From: Felis catus
Taxonomy: Eukaryota
Length of the DNA: 64,000 nucleotides
NCBI RefSeq assembly: GCF_018350175.1
Contig: NC_058373.1
Coordinates: 100,380,001-100,444,000, forward strand
Reading direction: 5' to 3'
In this document: positions 38,516-50,497 of the stretch, piece by piece
Layout: the number at the start of each line of letters is the position of its first letter
Position numbering within the stretch: the stretch's first letter is position 1
Position numbers and translations under genes: made by a program
Notes under the pieces: model-generated
What the model was told of the DNA's origin: nothing
Databases searched by the model: none
The model's input: only the letters and a program-made list of their open reading frames with translations

Positions 38516-40244
38516 AAAATGCTGTTTTTTATTACTCTGGTATCCATTAGCATCTACTACAGCCTGAAGACAGCCAACATTATGGGAAAGCTATGCCTAA
38601 CAATGTCTAGTAATACTAGCAACACCTGATAGCCACAATGTATTATTAAAGCAGAGTGAGTAAAGAACAGTTTAGTGACTACTAAACGTGGAATGAAATC
38701 CTGGATGGAAAAAACCAAAGGCCATTACTGGAACAAGCGGCAAATTTGAATAGAGATGCGTATTAGACAATACGACTGAATCAATGTTTAATTCCCTGAA
38801 TTCGATAACTGTAACATAATACGTAGAGAAAGTCCTTGTTCTTAGGTGATACATATTTTAAATATTCAGGAATGAAGGGTTATGATATCTGCAACTTACT
38901 GAAAGTGATTCAAAAAAATGTATGTGTGTATAGAGAGATCAAATGGCAAGATGCTAACCAGTGACCTAGGTGAAGATTATACCGTACTCAGTTATTACTA
39001 CTGAATTTATAAGATTGAAATTTCAAAAGGTGTAGAAGATAAAAAGTAAAACATTAATATTCTCTAAGTTTTCTTAAATAGCTATTAGTCATCTCCAATG
39101 AGATCTTTTGTTAAGAAACTGAATTTAAAAAGACACATTATTTTTAGTGCCTCTGTAAGTTAACTGTAGTTGAATCAAACAGATTTGGTTCATTTAAAAA
39201 CAACAGGGTACAAAACATGGCAGCAAACAACACATACTATTTCTGAGGAACAGCTCATACTTTTTTAATGCTATGGCAACTTTTAGTAAAATTTACATAC
39301 TGTCCTTAATCTTAAGAAGCCTAACATCTGCTAAAAACAGATAAAATCCAATGTCCAATTCTTATGGATCATTAACAGTATTCCAAAAAGAGTAGACATG
39401 CTGTCAGATAGTACATACTTTGCTAAAATTCAATCCATTTCAATATATATGATTTTACCATTGAGTGTTTCTCCCATCCCATTCCAAAAGACTTTTTTAA
39501 CAATTTTTTGTAATCTTAATATATTTCACAATAAATGCAGTGAAGTTGCACCATGTACATTATTTTATTTCCATGAATTCAACCATAAGCCCTCAGGGAA
39601 AAACACTGTGGATTTCAATAGCATAGACACCATTTCACTAACAAACATGCCTTCCCCAAGGAGCACTAAGCACAAGTATGAGAATGGAGCTGTCCAGTTA
39701 ACACATGCCTTTCTCCCTGTGCATCTTGCCAAGCTTCACTCCTAGTATTTAAAGGATTCTTGTGCAACAGATCCCACAATGTAAGCCAACTCTTCACCTG
39801 GTGCTCAACTAAAGAAATTTATTTTTAAAGTTTCTGAAGGAAACACTAGCTACTTTGTACTTCTAGGAGACAGTAAACGTATAACATAATTCACAACCAC
39901 TTTTAAAAGATTTTCAAAGGTTATTTTAACTAAAATCTATTTTTTTGTCACATGTACTAACTTCACAACTTCAATCTATCTGAACATGCAACTCCAACAT
40001 AAATGTACACTATTATTTACACCAAGAACATAACACACTTCAATGCAAGGAGGACTTCTTTCTAAAGGCTACATTCAGAAACATTCCTTAAACTTTCTAG
40101 GTCAACTCCATGTATTTCTTTTTAGTTATTCCTGAGTCCACCAATTTGTACTTTCTTTCTCTATATTTTAACCTGATCTAACCACATTCTACATTCTTCC
40201 TACTCATAGACTCACAGCAAAAGAAACTCAGAAATCACAATCTA

Positions 40245-40339
40245 GGGGTGTCTGGGTGGCTCAGTCGGTTAAGCATCGGACTCTTGATCTTGACTGCAGC
40301 TCAGGTCATGCTCTTTCAGTTCGTGAGTTCGAGCCCTGT
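40245..40339 (+). mobile_element. 3'-truncated Can-SINE head
   Basis: Head through B box only, then a fold-back; see findings. Confidence 0.8.
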
Positions 40340-40648
40340 GAACTCACAAACTTGTAGACAGAAATCCAGAAAAGAAAAAAAAAAGTTCAGAAAAGACATT
40401 TATAAAGTGATGCTGAAACACAGTGAAACAAAGCAGCTCTTTGGCATTTAGAATCCTCAATACTAAGCTGAGTACTACTGAATAGAACAGTTTTAGTATT
40501 TCTTGATCTGCAGAGAAACATAAGGGAATCCCATAAAATTGGGCCTCTTCCTTACAAAACTTAGTTTTGAATACAATTAGCTTATCGTTTTATTCTGATG
40601 TCTTATTTTTATAATTCTTATCCCTGATGTTCTTTATATTAACTCTAC

Positions 40649-40763
40649 TTTTTTGTTTTTGTAAGTTGTATTTAAGTAATGTCTACACCCAACATGGGGC
40701 TCAAATTCACAACCTTGAGATCAACAATCACATGCTCTTCTGACTGAGCCAATCAGGGACCCC
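40649..40763 (-). mobile_element. Short-type Can-SINE
   Basis: GTCTACACCCAACATGGGGCTCAAA...TGACTGAGCCAATCAGG. Confidence 0.8.
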
Positions 40764-41207
40764 TTATTAACTCTTGACTTTAAAATAAAAAACACTCTAC
40801 AGGTTTGAAAATCATTTTTAACAAAAAGTACAATAAATTTTTAAAATTCTATTTGAAGCTTTCAACCTGGATTTTAAAAAAATAATAAGGTAAAAATAAC
40901 AATTTTTCATTTTCAGAATGAGGTATAAACATTGAGGGGACCACTGTGGAGATTATTTCTCTAAATCAGCCTAAACTAAGTCATAGATAGAAAAAGTTTT
41001 CTGTGACATCAGGATATAATTCTCTAAAGCCCGCTTCTTCATAGCATACACTCTTTATTTTCTTTTAAAAGGTCAGTGCAGAATAACATGAGTTTTACAC
41101 TAAGATTTAAAGAAGCTTTTCAGATCTTTGAATCAAAGTCAGACATCAAAAAATCATAGTTTAATGACCTTAAGTGCAAAAGTTCTTTATAAAATTCCAA
41201 CCACGTC

Positions 41208-41400
41208 GGGGCATCTGGGTGGCTCTGTCAGTTAATCAGCGACTCTTGGTTTTAGTTCAGGTCGTGATCTCGGGGTTCATGTGTTCAAGCCCCATGTCAG
41301 GCTCTACAGTGACAATGTGGGGCCTGTTTGGGATTCTCTCTGTCTCTCCCCCAGTCTCTCTCAAAATAAATAAACTTAAATACATAAGTAAATAAAATAA
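41208..41400 (+). mobile_element. Can-SINE
   Basis: Head, CT tract, A-rich tail. Confidence 0.85.
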
Positions 41401-41594
41401 TGTTGCCGATACTACTAAGGAAGCATTATTTAGTTTTTTTAGCTTGCTTAATTGAAGTGCCTAAGTTTGGGCTGAACATTTATACCTTCACAATAAGGCT
41501 GACCTTCAAGGGCCAAACCCAGGAGTTGTGTCATGATCTGTTTCTGATCACAGACCTCTTTGAGAATCTAATGAAAGTTAAAAAGCCTCTTCTA

Positions 41595-41818
41595 GGGGTG
41601 CCTGAGTGGCTCAGTTCGTTAAGCATCTGACTTCGGCTCAGGTCATGATCTTGAGGTCCGTGAGTTCAAGCCCCGCATCGGGCTCTGTGCTGACAGCTCA
41701 GAGCCTGGAGCCTGCTTCAAATTCTGTGTCTCCCTCTCTGTCTGCCCCTCACCTGCTCGTGCTTTGTCTCTCTCTCTCTCTTCCAAAAATAAATAAACAT
41801 TAAAAAAATATAAAAAAA
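41595..41818 (+). mobile_element. Can-SINE
   Basis: TSD AAAAAGCCTCTTCT. Confidence 0.92.
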
Positions 41819-41880
41819 CAAAAAGCCTCTTCTCAAAATACTCCATATGTGCACATACATACAAATTTTTATTATTTTAG

Positions 41881-41993
41881 TTTTTAAAAATATTTATTTA
41901 TTTAAATAATCTCTACACCCAGCATGGGGCTTGAACCCACGACCCCAAGATCAAGAGTCACACGCTCTTCAGACTGAACCAGACAGGAGCCCC
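41881..41993 (-). mobile_element. Short-type Can-SINE
   Basis: ATCTCTACACCCAGCATGGGGCTTGAACCCACGACCCCAAGATCAAGAGTC. Confidence 0.85.
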
Positions 41994-44520
41994 ACATACA
42001 GAATTTTAATACAATTTTGAAGGGAGGAGTCATCATATAATCTATCAATCCATAGAAATAATTGTTATCACTGGTTACACAGGAAGAAATCCTTAAAACT
42101 TAATGCTTCTGGTATTCATACAAATTCTGATGAGAGTAAGAAGAACACCAGACAGGCATCTGGGATCTGAAGATGTTGGTGAAAGCTGCAATACCTTCTG
42201 TTCTATGGTACCATAACTTCCAAAGCCATAGAAGTCGGATTCTGGTAAATGTCCATCTCTGCTCAGCAATCCCAAAACTCATGACCCTGTGCCATATCCA
42301 CCTCTTATCATCTAGATTCTGCAAGCTGCTTTCATCTACTGTAGTTGCTGACAAGTCCACCCAGTCCACCCTTTAAAACCTTCAGGGACACAATGTTTCA
42401 AAAGGCAAGCCACAGCAGTTTTAAGCAACTCTGAAGAAAGTTCCTTTTTAATGTGACTAACCTGGTTTGTAAATTTTAGATCCTGCCCTACTGAATTTCT
42501 CCTCTTCTCAGTACCAGAAGGTAACAAAATAGTTTACCATTCAAAGAATCTAATCCTAAAACCAGGAGCAAAAAATCATTTAGCTCTACTTTTACCAAAC
42601 AGATAAGTCAGAATAATGATGAAAAGCACTTCTATTTGGAAGTCAAAATGTAACAGATCACTACGGGTTCAGTTCAAGAAAAACGAAAGGTTTCCACGTA
42701 CACAGCATTTCCTACTTTGCTGGGCTTCTTTCACTGCGTAAAAAATTAAAAAGTATCAACATGAAAAGATTCAGATTATAGTCAATATTAACATCAGTTC
42801 TGTCTGCAAATAGTTTATTCTCTGTATCTCTATTTATGTCTGTGATTCTGCAATAAACAGTTCTAATCAATGCAATATAAATATAGAAGTCATTATTTAT
42901 TCATCAGAAAAAGACTGGCTTTCAAGAACTGTAAGCTGTCTCAGTCACCTTCAACAGCTCCTTTTTCATAATAAGAAACATCTCTTATTGAAACCAGTGT
43001 ATTAATAAGGTCCATTGATCATATATAAGCAATCTGACACAAATGCTTGTTTCCTTTGAAAACAAAGGAAACACTAATAATTATATTTGTTATTTTCTTC
43101 CTTAAATTATCCCACACTAGGGCTGGACAAAAAAGATTCACAAGTATTTTACAAACAGTGATTGATGCAGTCAATCAGATAGGAAAATGTTAACCAACAG
43201 TTAATTGGATTAACACTAGGGCAAAAATCTCACTTTCAAAGGACTACCCAGGGGGGCTCGCTTTCCTGGGCTCTGTCTCAGCCCAACAATGCACAGTCCT
43301 AAGGAAGAGTCTACCTGGTAAGGAGCTTCTTTTAGGTCCTACAGTAATTAAACTTCCTGCAGAGATACAAAGAACGTCCACTTAAATGAATTTTGGCCTT
43401 ATTTTTCAAATTCCATTGGGGCACTATTTCCCTAAATTTACAGGGTAGGTATACAACAATCCCTGAGTTAAGAAATATGTTTCCTGATAAATAACCACTT
43501 CTCTAATTTTCCAGAGTGCCTTGAAGAATAAATACTGTGTTTAAATAAAGACCCCCCTCCCCCCCCCAAAGGCAGTGCCACACCTCACCTTATCAGAACT
43601 GCAAGACATACAAAAGGCATGTTAAACTCAGGAAGTCGGACCTCTGAGCATTTCTCTTGTGATAAAATCATCTATACAAACATTTCAGTTGATTTTTAAA
43701 ACTGAAAATTCCATCACAAGCAAAATATGCACAGCAGAATTTTCTTACAGTCCATATTACTGGATACCCTAGTATTTCAACCTTGTCAGTTTTAAATCAA
43801 TGTGGTATATACATTTGTACCCAAGCAAATACTGAGTCCCGACTTAGTTTAATTATGCCTGTTTTTTAAGCACAAAATTCTTTTATGAGCTTGTTAATAT
43901 ACAACTGAACACTCGAAATAGCTTATTTAAAGCAGGACTACAGATAGTCAAACACTGCCCCACCCCTCGTAAGAGTGGATGACGGGAACATTTTAATACA
44001 CTCCATCACGTAGTAGCACAGCTATAAGAACCTTCATACTGGCACCAGAAGTTACACATTTTCCAGTACAGTTTGTACTTCAAAGAATTTCTGCATCATC
44101 CTCAATACCAGATGTCGCCAACATTCAGGTACACTGAAGACAAGTTATTGATAACCACAAGCCCTGTTAACGTCCCCCTTTCAACATAAACTTGCGCACT
44201 TTCTCATTTCTTTCAACGTGAAGTCGCTGAATGCAAAGAAATAGAGTGTTTTCGCAATTTTAACTGTTTACGCAATTAAGTTTATTAATTGGAAGGCTGG
44301 AATCACTACATTATGAAACTTTCAAACAGTAACGACGTAAAACAAGATACAAAGGTGAAAACGTCTGTTTCCTGAAACACTGAAAGACCTTTGAGTTTTG
44401 CAAAGTGTTTGCGGGATTCCAAGCAGGATTTCCAAAATCCACCCCTCCCCCAGCCGCCTCCCCCTCCCCGCAGCCTCAGTCTGGAGGTCGTTATCTTGCC
44501 GCGGCTGGGATGCTACTCAC

Positions 44521-44677
44521 CGAGTTTTTCCACCAACTTGAGCATCACCCCTCCAATGTGCACTTCCCCGGTCACTCTTAGGGTGACATCGCGGTTCAGG
44601 TCCGTCACATGGACGCTCAGTTCCCACGTCCCATCGGCGTAGCAGCCATCTGGCATCCTTATCCCGTCCAGAGCCAT
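44521..44677 (-). CDS. FERMT2: FERMT2 (kindlin-2) first coding exon, CDS part, 157 nt (exon starts at 44686 with 9 nt of 5' UTR)
   Basis: Minus strand translates MALDGIRMPDGCYADGTWELSVHVTDLNRDVTLRVTGEVHIGGVMLKLVEKL+G, the kindlin-2 N-terminus (F0 subdomain). Kozak GCCATGG; acceptor CTCGCAG|GAAGGAGCCATG; donor CTCG|GTGAGT at 44520. Confidence 0.98.
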
Positions 44678-45102
44678 GGCTCCTTCCTGCGAGCACGGAG
44701 GAAATGGCTCTCGTAAGCGTCACTCCCCCAAAGGAAGGCAAGTCCCACCGAATTCGCAGGGTCCGCCGCGCAGCGGGAGGAGGCGGAGGCCCCGAGGGTT
44801 TCCGCACGAGCTCGGGAGCGCGGCGGCGGGGCGGGAGCGCGGGCGGGATTGTGCGCCCCGCGCCCTTCCCGGCGGCCGCCCGCGCTCCCGCCCCGGCGGC
44901 GGCCCTCGGCCGGACTCGGCGCCGCCCGCCCGCCCCGCGCGGCCCCAGCCTAGCGGCCCTCGCCTAGCGGACCGCGGCGGGCTTCACCTGCCGTACTGCC
45001 GGCCGCGCCGCGGCGCGGGGCGACGCCGCCCGCCGGCCCCACGTCCCTCCTCCCCGCCCGCTCTCCCCCTCGGGTCCCCGCCGGGGTCCCGGCCCCTCTC
45101 AC

Positions 45103-45400
45103 CGCGCGCTCCTCGCGCTCCCGGCCCGGGACTCGCGCGGCAACAGGCGCGGGGGGCGGCGGCTCGAGGGGCGGCGGCGCCCGGACCCCCTCGTCAGCCG
45201 GCGAAGCGCTGCCTCCCGGCTGGAGCGACTAATGGAGTCCTGTCGTCGCGGCCCCTAGCCTCCCTCCCGGCGCTCCACCCCTCTCTCCCCGCCCCCTCAG
45301 TCGGACGGCTCGGGCTGGGCGCGCCTGCTCCCTCCTCCTCCGCCCGGACGAGCAGTCGCGAGCGGGCCGGACCGCCTCGCCCCCTCCCCCACTGTCCCCC
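45103..45400 (-). other. FERMT2: Probable non-coding exon 1 (5' UTR) of FERMT2; TSS not determinable
   Basis: The coding exon has a splice acceptor 9 nt before the ATG, so an upstream exon is required. Best donor is GCG|GTGAGA at 45102; an alternative is CAG|GTGAAG at 44987. The 5' boundary is a guess. Confidence 0.45.
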
Positions 45401-45549
45401 GCGGCCGCGCCGCGGGCTAGGGGCCGCGCGGACTCCGGGGCTGGGGCGGGGGGAGGGCGGGGCGGCGCGCGCGCGGTGGTGGGGGGAGCCGAGCGGGGGA
45501 GGCGGGGGGCGCCCGCGGCGCAGCAATCTCAGCCCCGCCGAGCCGCTGC

Positions 45550-45559
45550 CCTTTTATGG
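45550..45559. promoter_or_regulatory. Consensus CArG box (SRF site) CCTTTTATGG
   Basis: Exact CC(A/T)6GG match forming an AT island inside the GC-rich promoter; ETS-type CCGGATGT (minus strand) at 45592-45599. Confidence 0.65.
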
Positions 45560-48500
45560 AAATGAAGGACCGGGAGTAGGGATTGAATCCAACATCCGGG
45601 CTCTCGGCGGCGGGACCTGAGGAGGGGGAGCGAGGGGAGCGCGGGCGGCCTCCCGCGGGGGCGCGGTGGGCGGCCGTGCGCTGCGTTCCGCGCTCGGGCC
45701 TCGGGCTTGGCCGGGGCCCGTGGCGGTGGGTGTCTGTGCGTCCAGCGGGAGAAGTGGGCTTGTCCGTGAGAAACGGCCACAGGAAATTCCCAGGGCAAGG
45801 TCGTGTGGAGGGAACAAAGTCCCCCGCCCCCTCCCCACGCCTGGAGCCGGTCCCGAAGTCTCGGGGCGGGAAGAGGTGCCACCCTCCGGGAGCTGGAGAG
45901 AGGGGTTTGGGAAGTGAAAACTTTAGGAAGTAAATGGCTAAGCTAGCTGCATGAACATCCCACAAAAGAATGAGAAAACCCGGAGGGAGGCGAACCACAG
46001 AAACTGCTTTGCAAGCAATGTCCGGCACAATCAGCAACTCCTACTGGACTCCCAAGAGTTTGCGCTGTTAACCCGTTCGCAAACTCTAGCCAGAAGCGAG
46101 TCAAATACCCTTACGATGGTCATTGGGGGGGGCGCGGGGGATGCAGTACTTTCAGAAACTTTCCCCAGCTGCTCCAGCTTTTTGTATTTCTGTATCTTTA
46201 TACGCAGCTTAGAAGTAACAGTCTTTTAGATGGCTAAACATCTTCTACCCCACCCTCGGCCACACCTTGAAAGAATTTTAATGGCTCAGGAACGGTGCCA
46301 GCAGGTTCAGGGAAGAACTAGAGAACTTTACCTGTTGAGACTGACTAGTGATAGAAAAAGGTCCCCTCCTGCGTCCTACTCTACTTCCAGTTCCCCAATT
46401 TACTGTTGCATTCAATTCAGAAACATCCATCCAGGAACCTGCCTTGTTGGCAAACGCGTGCCTTGAAAAATTCAGGTCAGGAAGACACAGCTAAGGTATC
46501 TCAGGGCCCATAAAAGACCCCAGTTTTCAATTACTTTGAAGAGGAACCTACTAGGCAAATAACCCTTTTGTTCATCAACGCAATTGGGAAACGAGGTTAG
46601 AGGCTTCAAGAAAAGGGTGGGACCCGTGAAAGCGAGAAAGGAAAGCAACGGAATTCAGATGCCAGAGGTTTGGCATAAAAAATAGGGAAAACCACTACAG
46701 TATTTTCAGCTAGTCATCATGGAGAAATTGATGCCTCAAGTCGGTAGTGTCTCCACTCTCCCAGTTATTTCTACTCATGGAGGGAGGTTCCAGACAATTC
46801 TCTCGGAAAGCAATACGAATGTCCAGAGAGGAAGGAATATTTGGGTGAATTATGGTGTTAAAAATATACAGGAAAACGTTACTAAAATAGGGAATTACTT
46901 GTTAGGGTGAAAAAAAACCTGTACATGTGGCTGTAACATCACAAGCTTATCTATTCTCAAATATTCAGAGAAAAAAGACTGGAAGGAAATACAGCAGGAT
47001 GTTAAGAAGCCGTCTGGGTGTTGAGATCATGGGAGATTTTTTTTCTTCGTCATTTTCTAAGACCCCAAAGCTTTGCATTCAGCACTTTTCCATCACTACC
47101 TTAAATTTCATCCAGCATCTCAATTTCTCTGTGCATGCCGTTACATTCACAATGATGGAATAGGTATTTGACTCACAGCAGGATTTTCAGGGGTTTCCTT
47201 TTGTGTTTTTTTAATGTCCCCAAATGAAACATGAGTTCTTTGAGAGCAGGGACTTCAAATGCTTTGCATTGCCCACAAATTTAGCATGAAAACGAAGGAA
47301 ATGGAAAACATGCTGGCATCAAATCAATACAAACGTCAAAGAAAGTGTAGGCGGTGGAGAAACCTCATTATCAGAGAAACCCTGGCTTTGACATTTTAGG
47401 TGTTTGTTTATTTCCACATCTTATCTTAAAAATATCTGGGGAAAGGTATAAGGATGCAAGAACTATGAGATAGCATGCATTATGAATGGCACAAAATGAG
47501 GGAGAGGGAGGGAGCAGGTGGAAAATGGAAGGATAGAGCTTTATAATGGAGCCAGGAATGAGACTAAGAATTGTACCTTAAGGACTTTTGTAAGTGTTCC
47601 AGTAAGTTCCAAGTAACTACTGCTTCTCAAATACGCCTTTACAGAACCAAAAATATCCATGTCCTTTCTGAATATTCCCTTTCCTTCAGACAGATTGGTC
47701 GAAGCTGTCATGTCTCAGAAACCCTTTTAACACTCAGTTTCCACATTCTCATTCTTTTCTCACTCTCCAGTGAGTTACTTTCTGAACAACCTCCCACCAC
47801 AGTGTCTATTGCTCTGACTACTGCACACTTCTGTGAACGTTCCCTACATTTAGTGACAGAGGAAGATGGTTAATGCTGTAAATAACAACTCCATTTCTTA
47901 ACATGTGAAATTACTTAATTATAGCGTGACAAGAGACTTTTCTTTTAGACGTTTTCTGCAGAAAACCAGTAGTTTATATTTGAGCAGTATAGAGCACAGG
48001 AAGGCAGTGACCCCGTGTTAAGTACCATTGGAGGAGTAATTAGATTAGGATGGGTGCAGCTGGTCTCTTCCGGCCTTCTTTTTGAGTATTTCAAGCTGGC
48101 GCATGTTTTGAAGATGAAAGAGTCAGACTCCAATTGCTGAAACTGGGAATTTTTTTTCCAGTGTATCAAGTGAGACTTTCAAGTGCATTTCTTAAATGTT
48201 TACTTCTACCTAATGTTTTCCACTGTATTCATGTGTGGAATCTTATCTGAAATCCCCCACTAGAAGCCCTAAGACAATGCAATACTTGTGGTACTTACAT
48301 CATGCTGAAAAGTAGCCGAGAACTCCAGTGTTTGGAAGAACAGCCCAAGCACTGAAAGCAGCAATATCCAAATAAGGTACCAAGCACTGGTCTTAGATTT
48401 AGACCAAATGATACCTCACAGATCTGCCGTCAAATGCAGCCCTCAGACTTGGTAATCCACAGGCTGACTTCAGCTTTTTCTCTGAACCTACTTAAACTGT

Positions 48501-49254
48501 GCTTTATATTTCTAAAAGGTTAACACAAAATATATCTACTGGGCTTGAAAGAATGAGAGGTTGGGTGATAGGAAAAACTAAGAGAAGGTTTGTGTGAGTA
48601 TGAATGTGTAAGGGTGGCTAAAAATGCACTTTAAAATGCCATATGAGGCCAGCAAGATGAAATGTAATGAATTATTCTTGTCAAATACCAGGTGAGCAGA
48701 ATTCTTTGTCCCAGGGATTGCCAAAAATGGAACATACTGGTAAAGCTACTAAGAAAGTAGAAATCAAGGGGCATGGAGTGTGAGCTAAGAATGGGAAGGA
48801 AGGTTGCAAAGGCCATTTTTTTTTTCAATATGTAGAAGTGGCAGTCATGGCAAACAGCAAGAAAAGGACTGGCAAATCTGGAATCGAGGAAGATTTTCTA
48901 GGGGTGAGGATGTTTCCACACAGACCTAAAGGAGGACTCTGAGATAGGCAATGAAATCTCTACTTCAAGGGGAAACAAATGTGCTTACTTGTATTTACTG
49001 CTCTGGAGTACAGACAATTTTTTGTAGGAAACCATGCTGAGTGATACTAGAAAAATTTTTTTGAACATCATGACATCTTGGGAAATACTCTGTCCTTGAC
49101 AAAAATATGAAGAGTTCATAGGCTCACACAAAGTAGCTAACTGTGTACTTAGTACAGTGAATGGCACTGAGACAGACATGTAGACATATAACACCTGTCA
49201 CAACGTCTTAAAAGAACACCTATCTAATGTAGGAGGCTTCTATTTAAAACATCA

Positions 49255-50036
49255 TAAAAGATATCCACATGCAAAAAGAATAAATTAGGTCCCTACCTTA
49301 CACTGTATACAAAAATTAACTAAAAATTGATCATAGACCTAAAGTTAAGATCTGAACTATAAAATTCTTAGAAGAAGACATAGGAATAAACTGTTGTAAC
49401 CTTGGATTAGGCAATGGCTTCTTAGATAAGACATCAAAGCAAATGCAACAAAAGAAAAAACTAAACTGGATCTTATCAAAATAAAAAAATACCTAAGTTT
49501 CAAAAGATAGCATCAAAAGTGTGAGAAAAGAACCCACAAAATGGGAAAAAAATTTTGTAAATCATAGATCTTTCAAGGGACTTATATCTAGAATATATAA
49601 AGAGCTATTATAAATCAACAACAAGACAAATAACTTGATTAAAATGAGCAAATCTGAATAGACAGTTCTCCAAAGAGGATATACAAATGGTCAATGAGCA
49701 CATAAATTGATGCTCAACATTAGGCACCAAGGGAGTCCAAATCAAAACCACAATGAGACAACACCTCATACACACTAGAATGATATAATAAAAAAGAGAC
49801 AATAACAAGTGTTGGCTAGGATGTGGAGAAATTGCAGCCCTCTACTGGTGGGAATTCAAAATAGCTAGCTGTTTGGAAAAACAGTGTGGCAGTTCCTCAG
49901 AACATTAAATAAAGAGTATCATATACCCCAGCAATTGTACTCTTAGGTATATACCAAGAGAGTTGAAAACAAATGTCCACACAAATATTTGTATACAAAT
50001 AAAAATAGCCAAAATATGGAAACAACCTAAATATCT
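49255..50036 (+). mobile_element. Old L1M (L1MB-like) ORF2 3' fragment ending in a fold-back
   Basis: ACAAAAATTAACT; CTTGGATTAGGCAATGGCTTCTTAGAT; CCCAGCAATTGTACTCTTAGGTATATACC. Confidence 0.8.
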
Positions 50037-50497
50037 CTCCTTTGTCATTTAAAAGACATTGGGATGTTTCCATCTTTTGGCTATTATCAATATTTGTATA
50101 CAAGTATTTAAAGAAATGATTCATGAAAAAAATCAGAAGGGAGAAAAACTATCACTCTAACATCTAAATTGTGAAGTACAAATCCACTACAAGGACTATG
50201 ATAACCTCCAAAAGAAGGTCATCACTGACGTCATGGAACATTTTATGAAGAAAAGAAATCTAACTGGATCTGGAGGAGTAGATGGAGTCAGGCCTACTGA
50301 GAGGAGTAGTGTGTGAAATCATGAAATCACGAGGCAGACATGAGCATGATATGCTCACCAGTCACAGAGAAGAAAGGAAGAAATGCTAAGGAGATGCTCT
50401 GGGGAAGAGTGGGCATAGAGTGAGGCCAGATGAGGTAGGACAGAAGTTTAGACTCTGAGACAGAAAACAGCAAGCCATTAAAAAGTCAGTGCATGGT

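Larger units (their letters stand above)
44430..45900. promoter_or_regulatory. CpG island / FERMT2 promoter with multiple GC boxes and G-runs
   Basis: Very high GC and dense unmutated CpG against an AT-rich, CpG-depleted background; several GGGCGG motifs; overlaps the first exons. Confidence 0.93.

Noticed and set aside
42093..42527. Cluster of overlapping ORFs suggesting a retrocopy or hidden exon (donor CAG|GTTAGT at 42461)
   Set aside because: No recognisable protein similarity, no poly-A/TSD, and no polypyrimidine acceptor for that donor.
45194..46037. Overlapping 80-200 aa ORFs in the CpG island
   Set aside because: Low-complexity Arg/Gly/Pro/Ala frames expected from GC-rich, stop-poor DNA.
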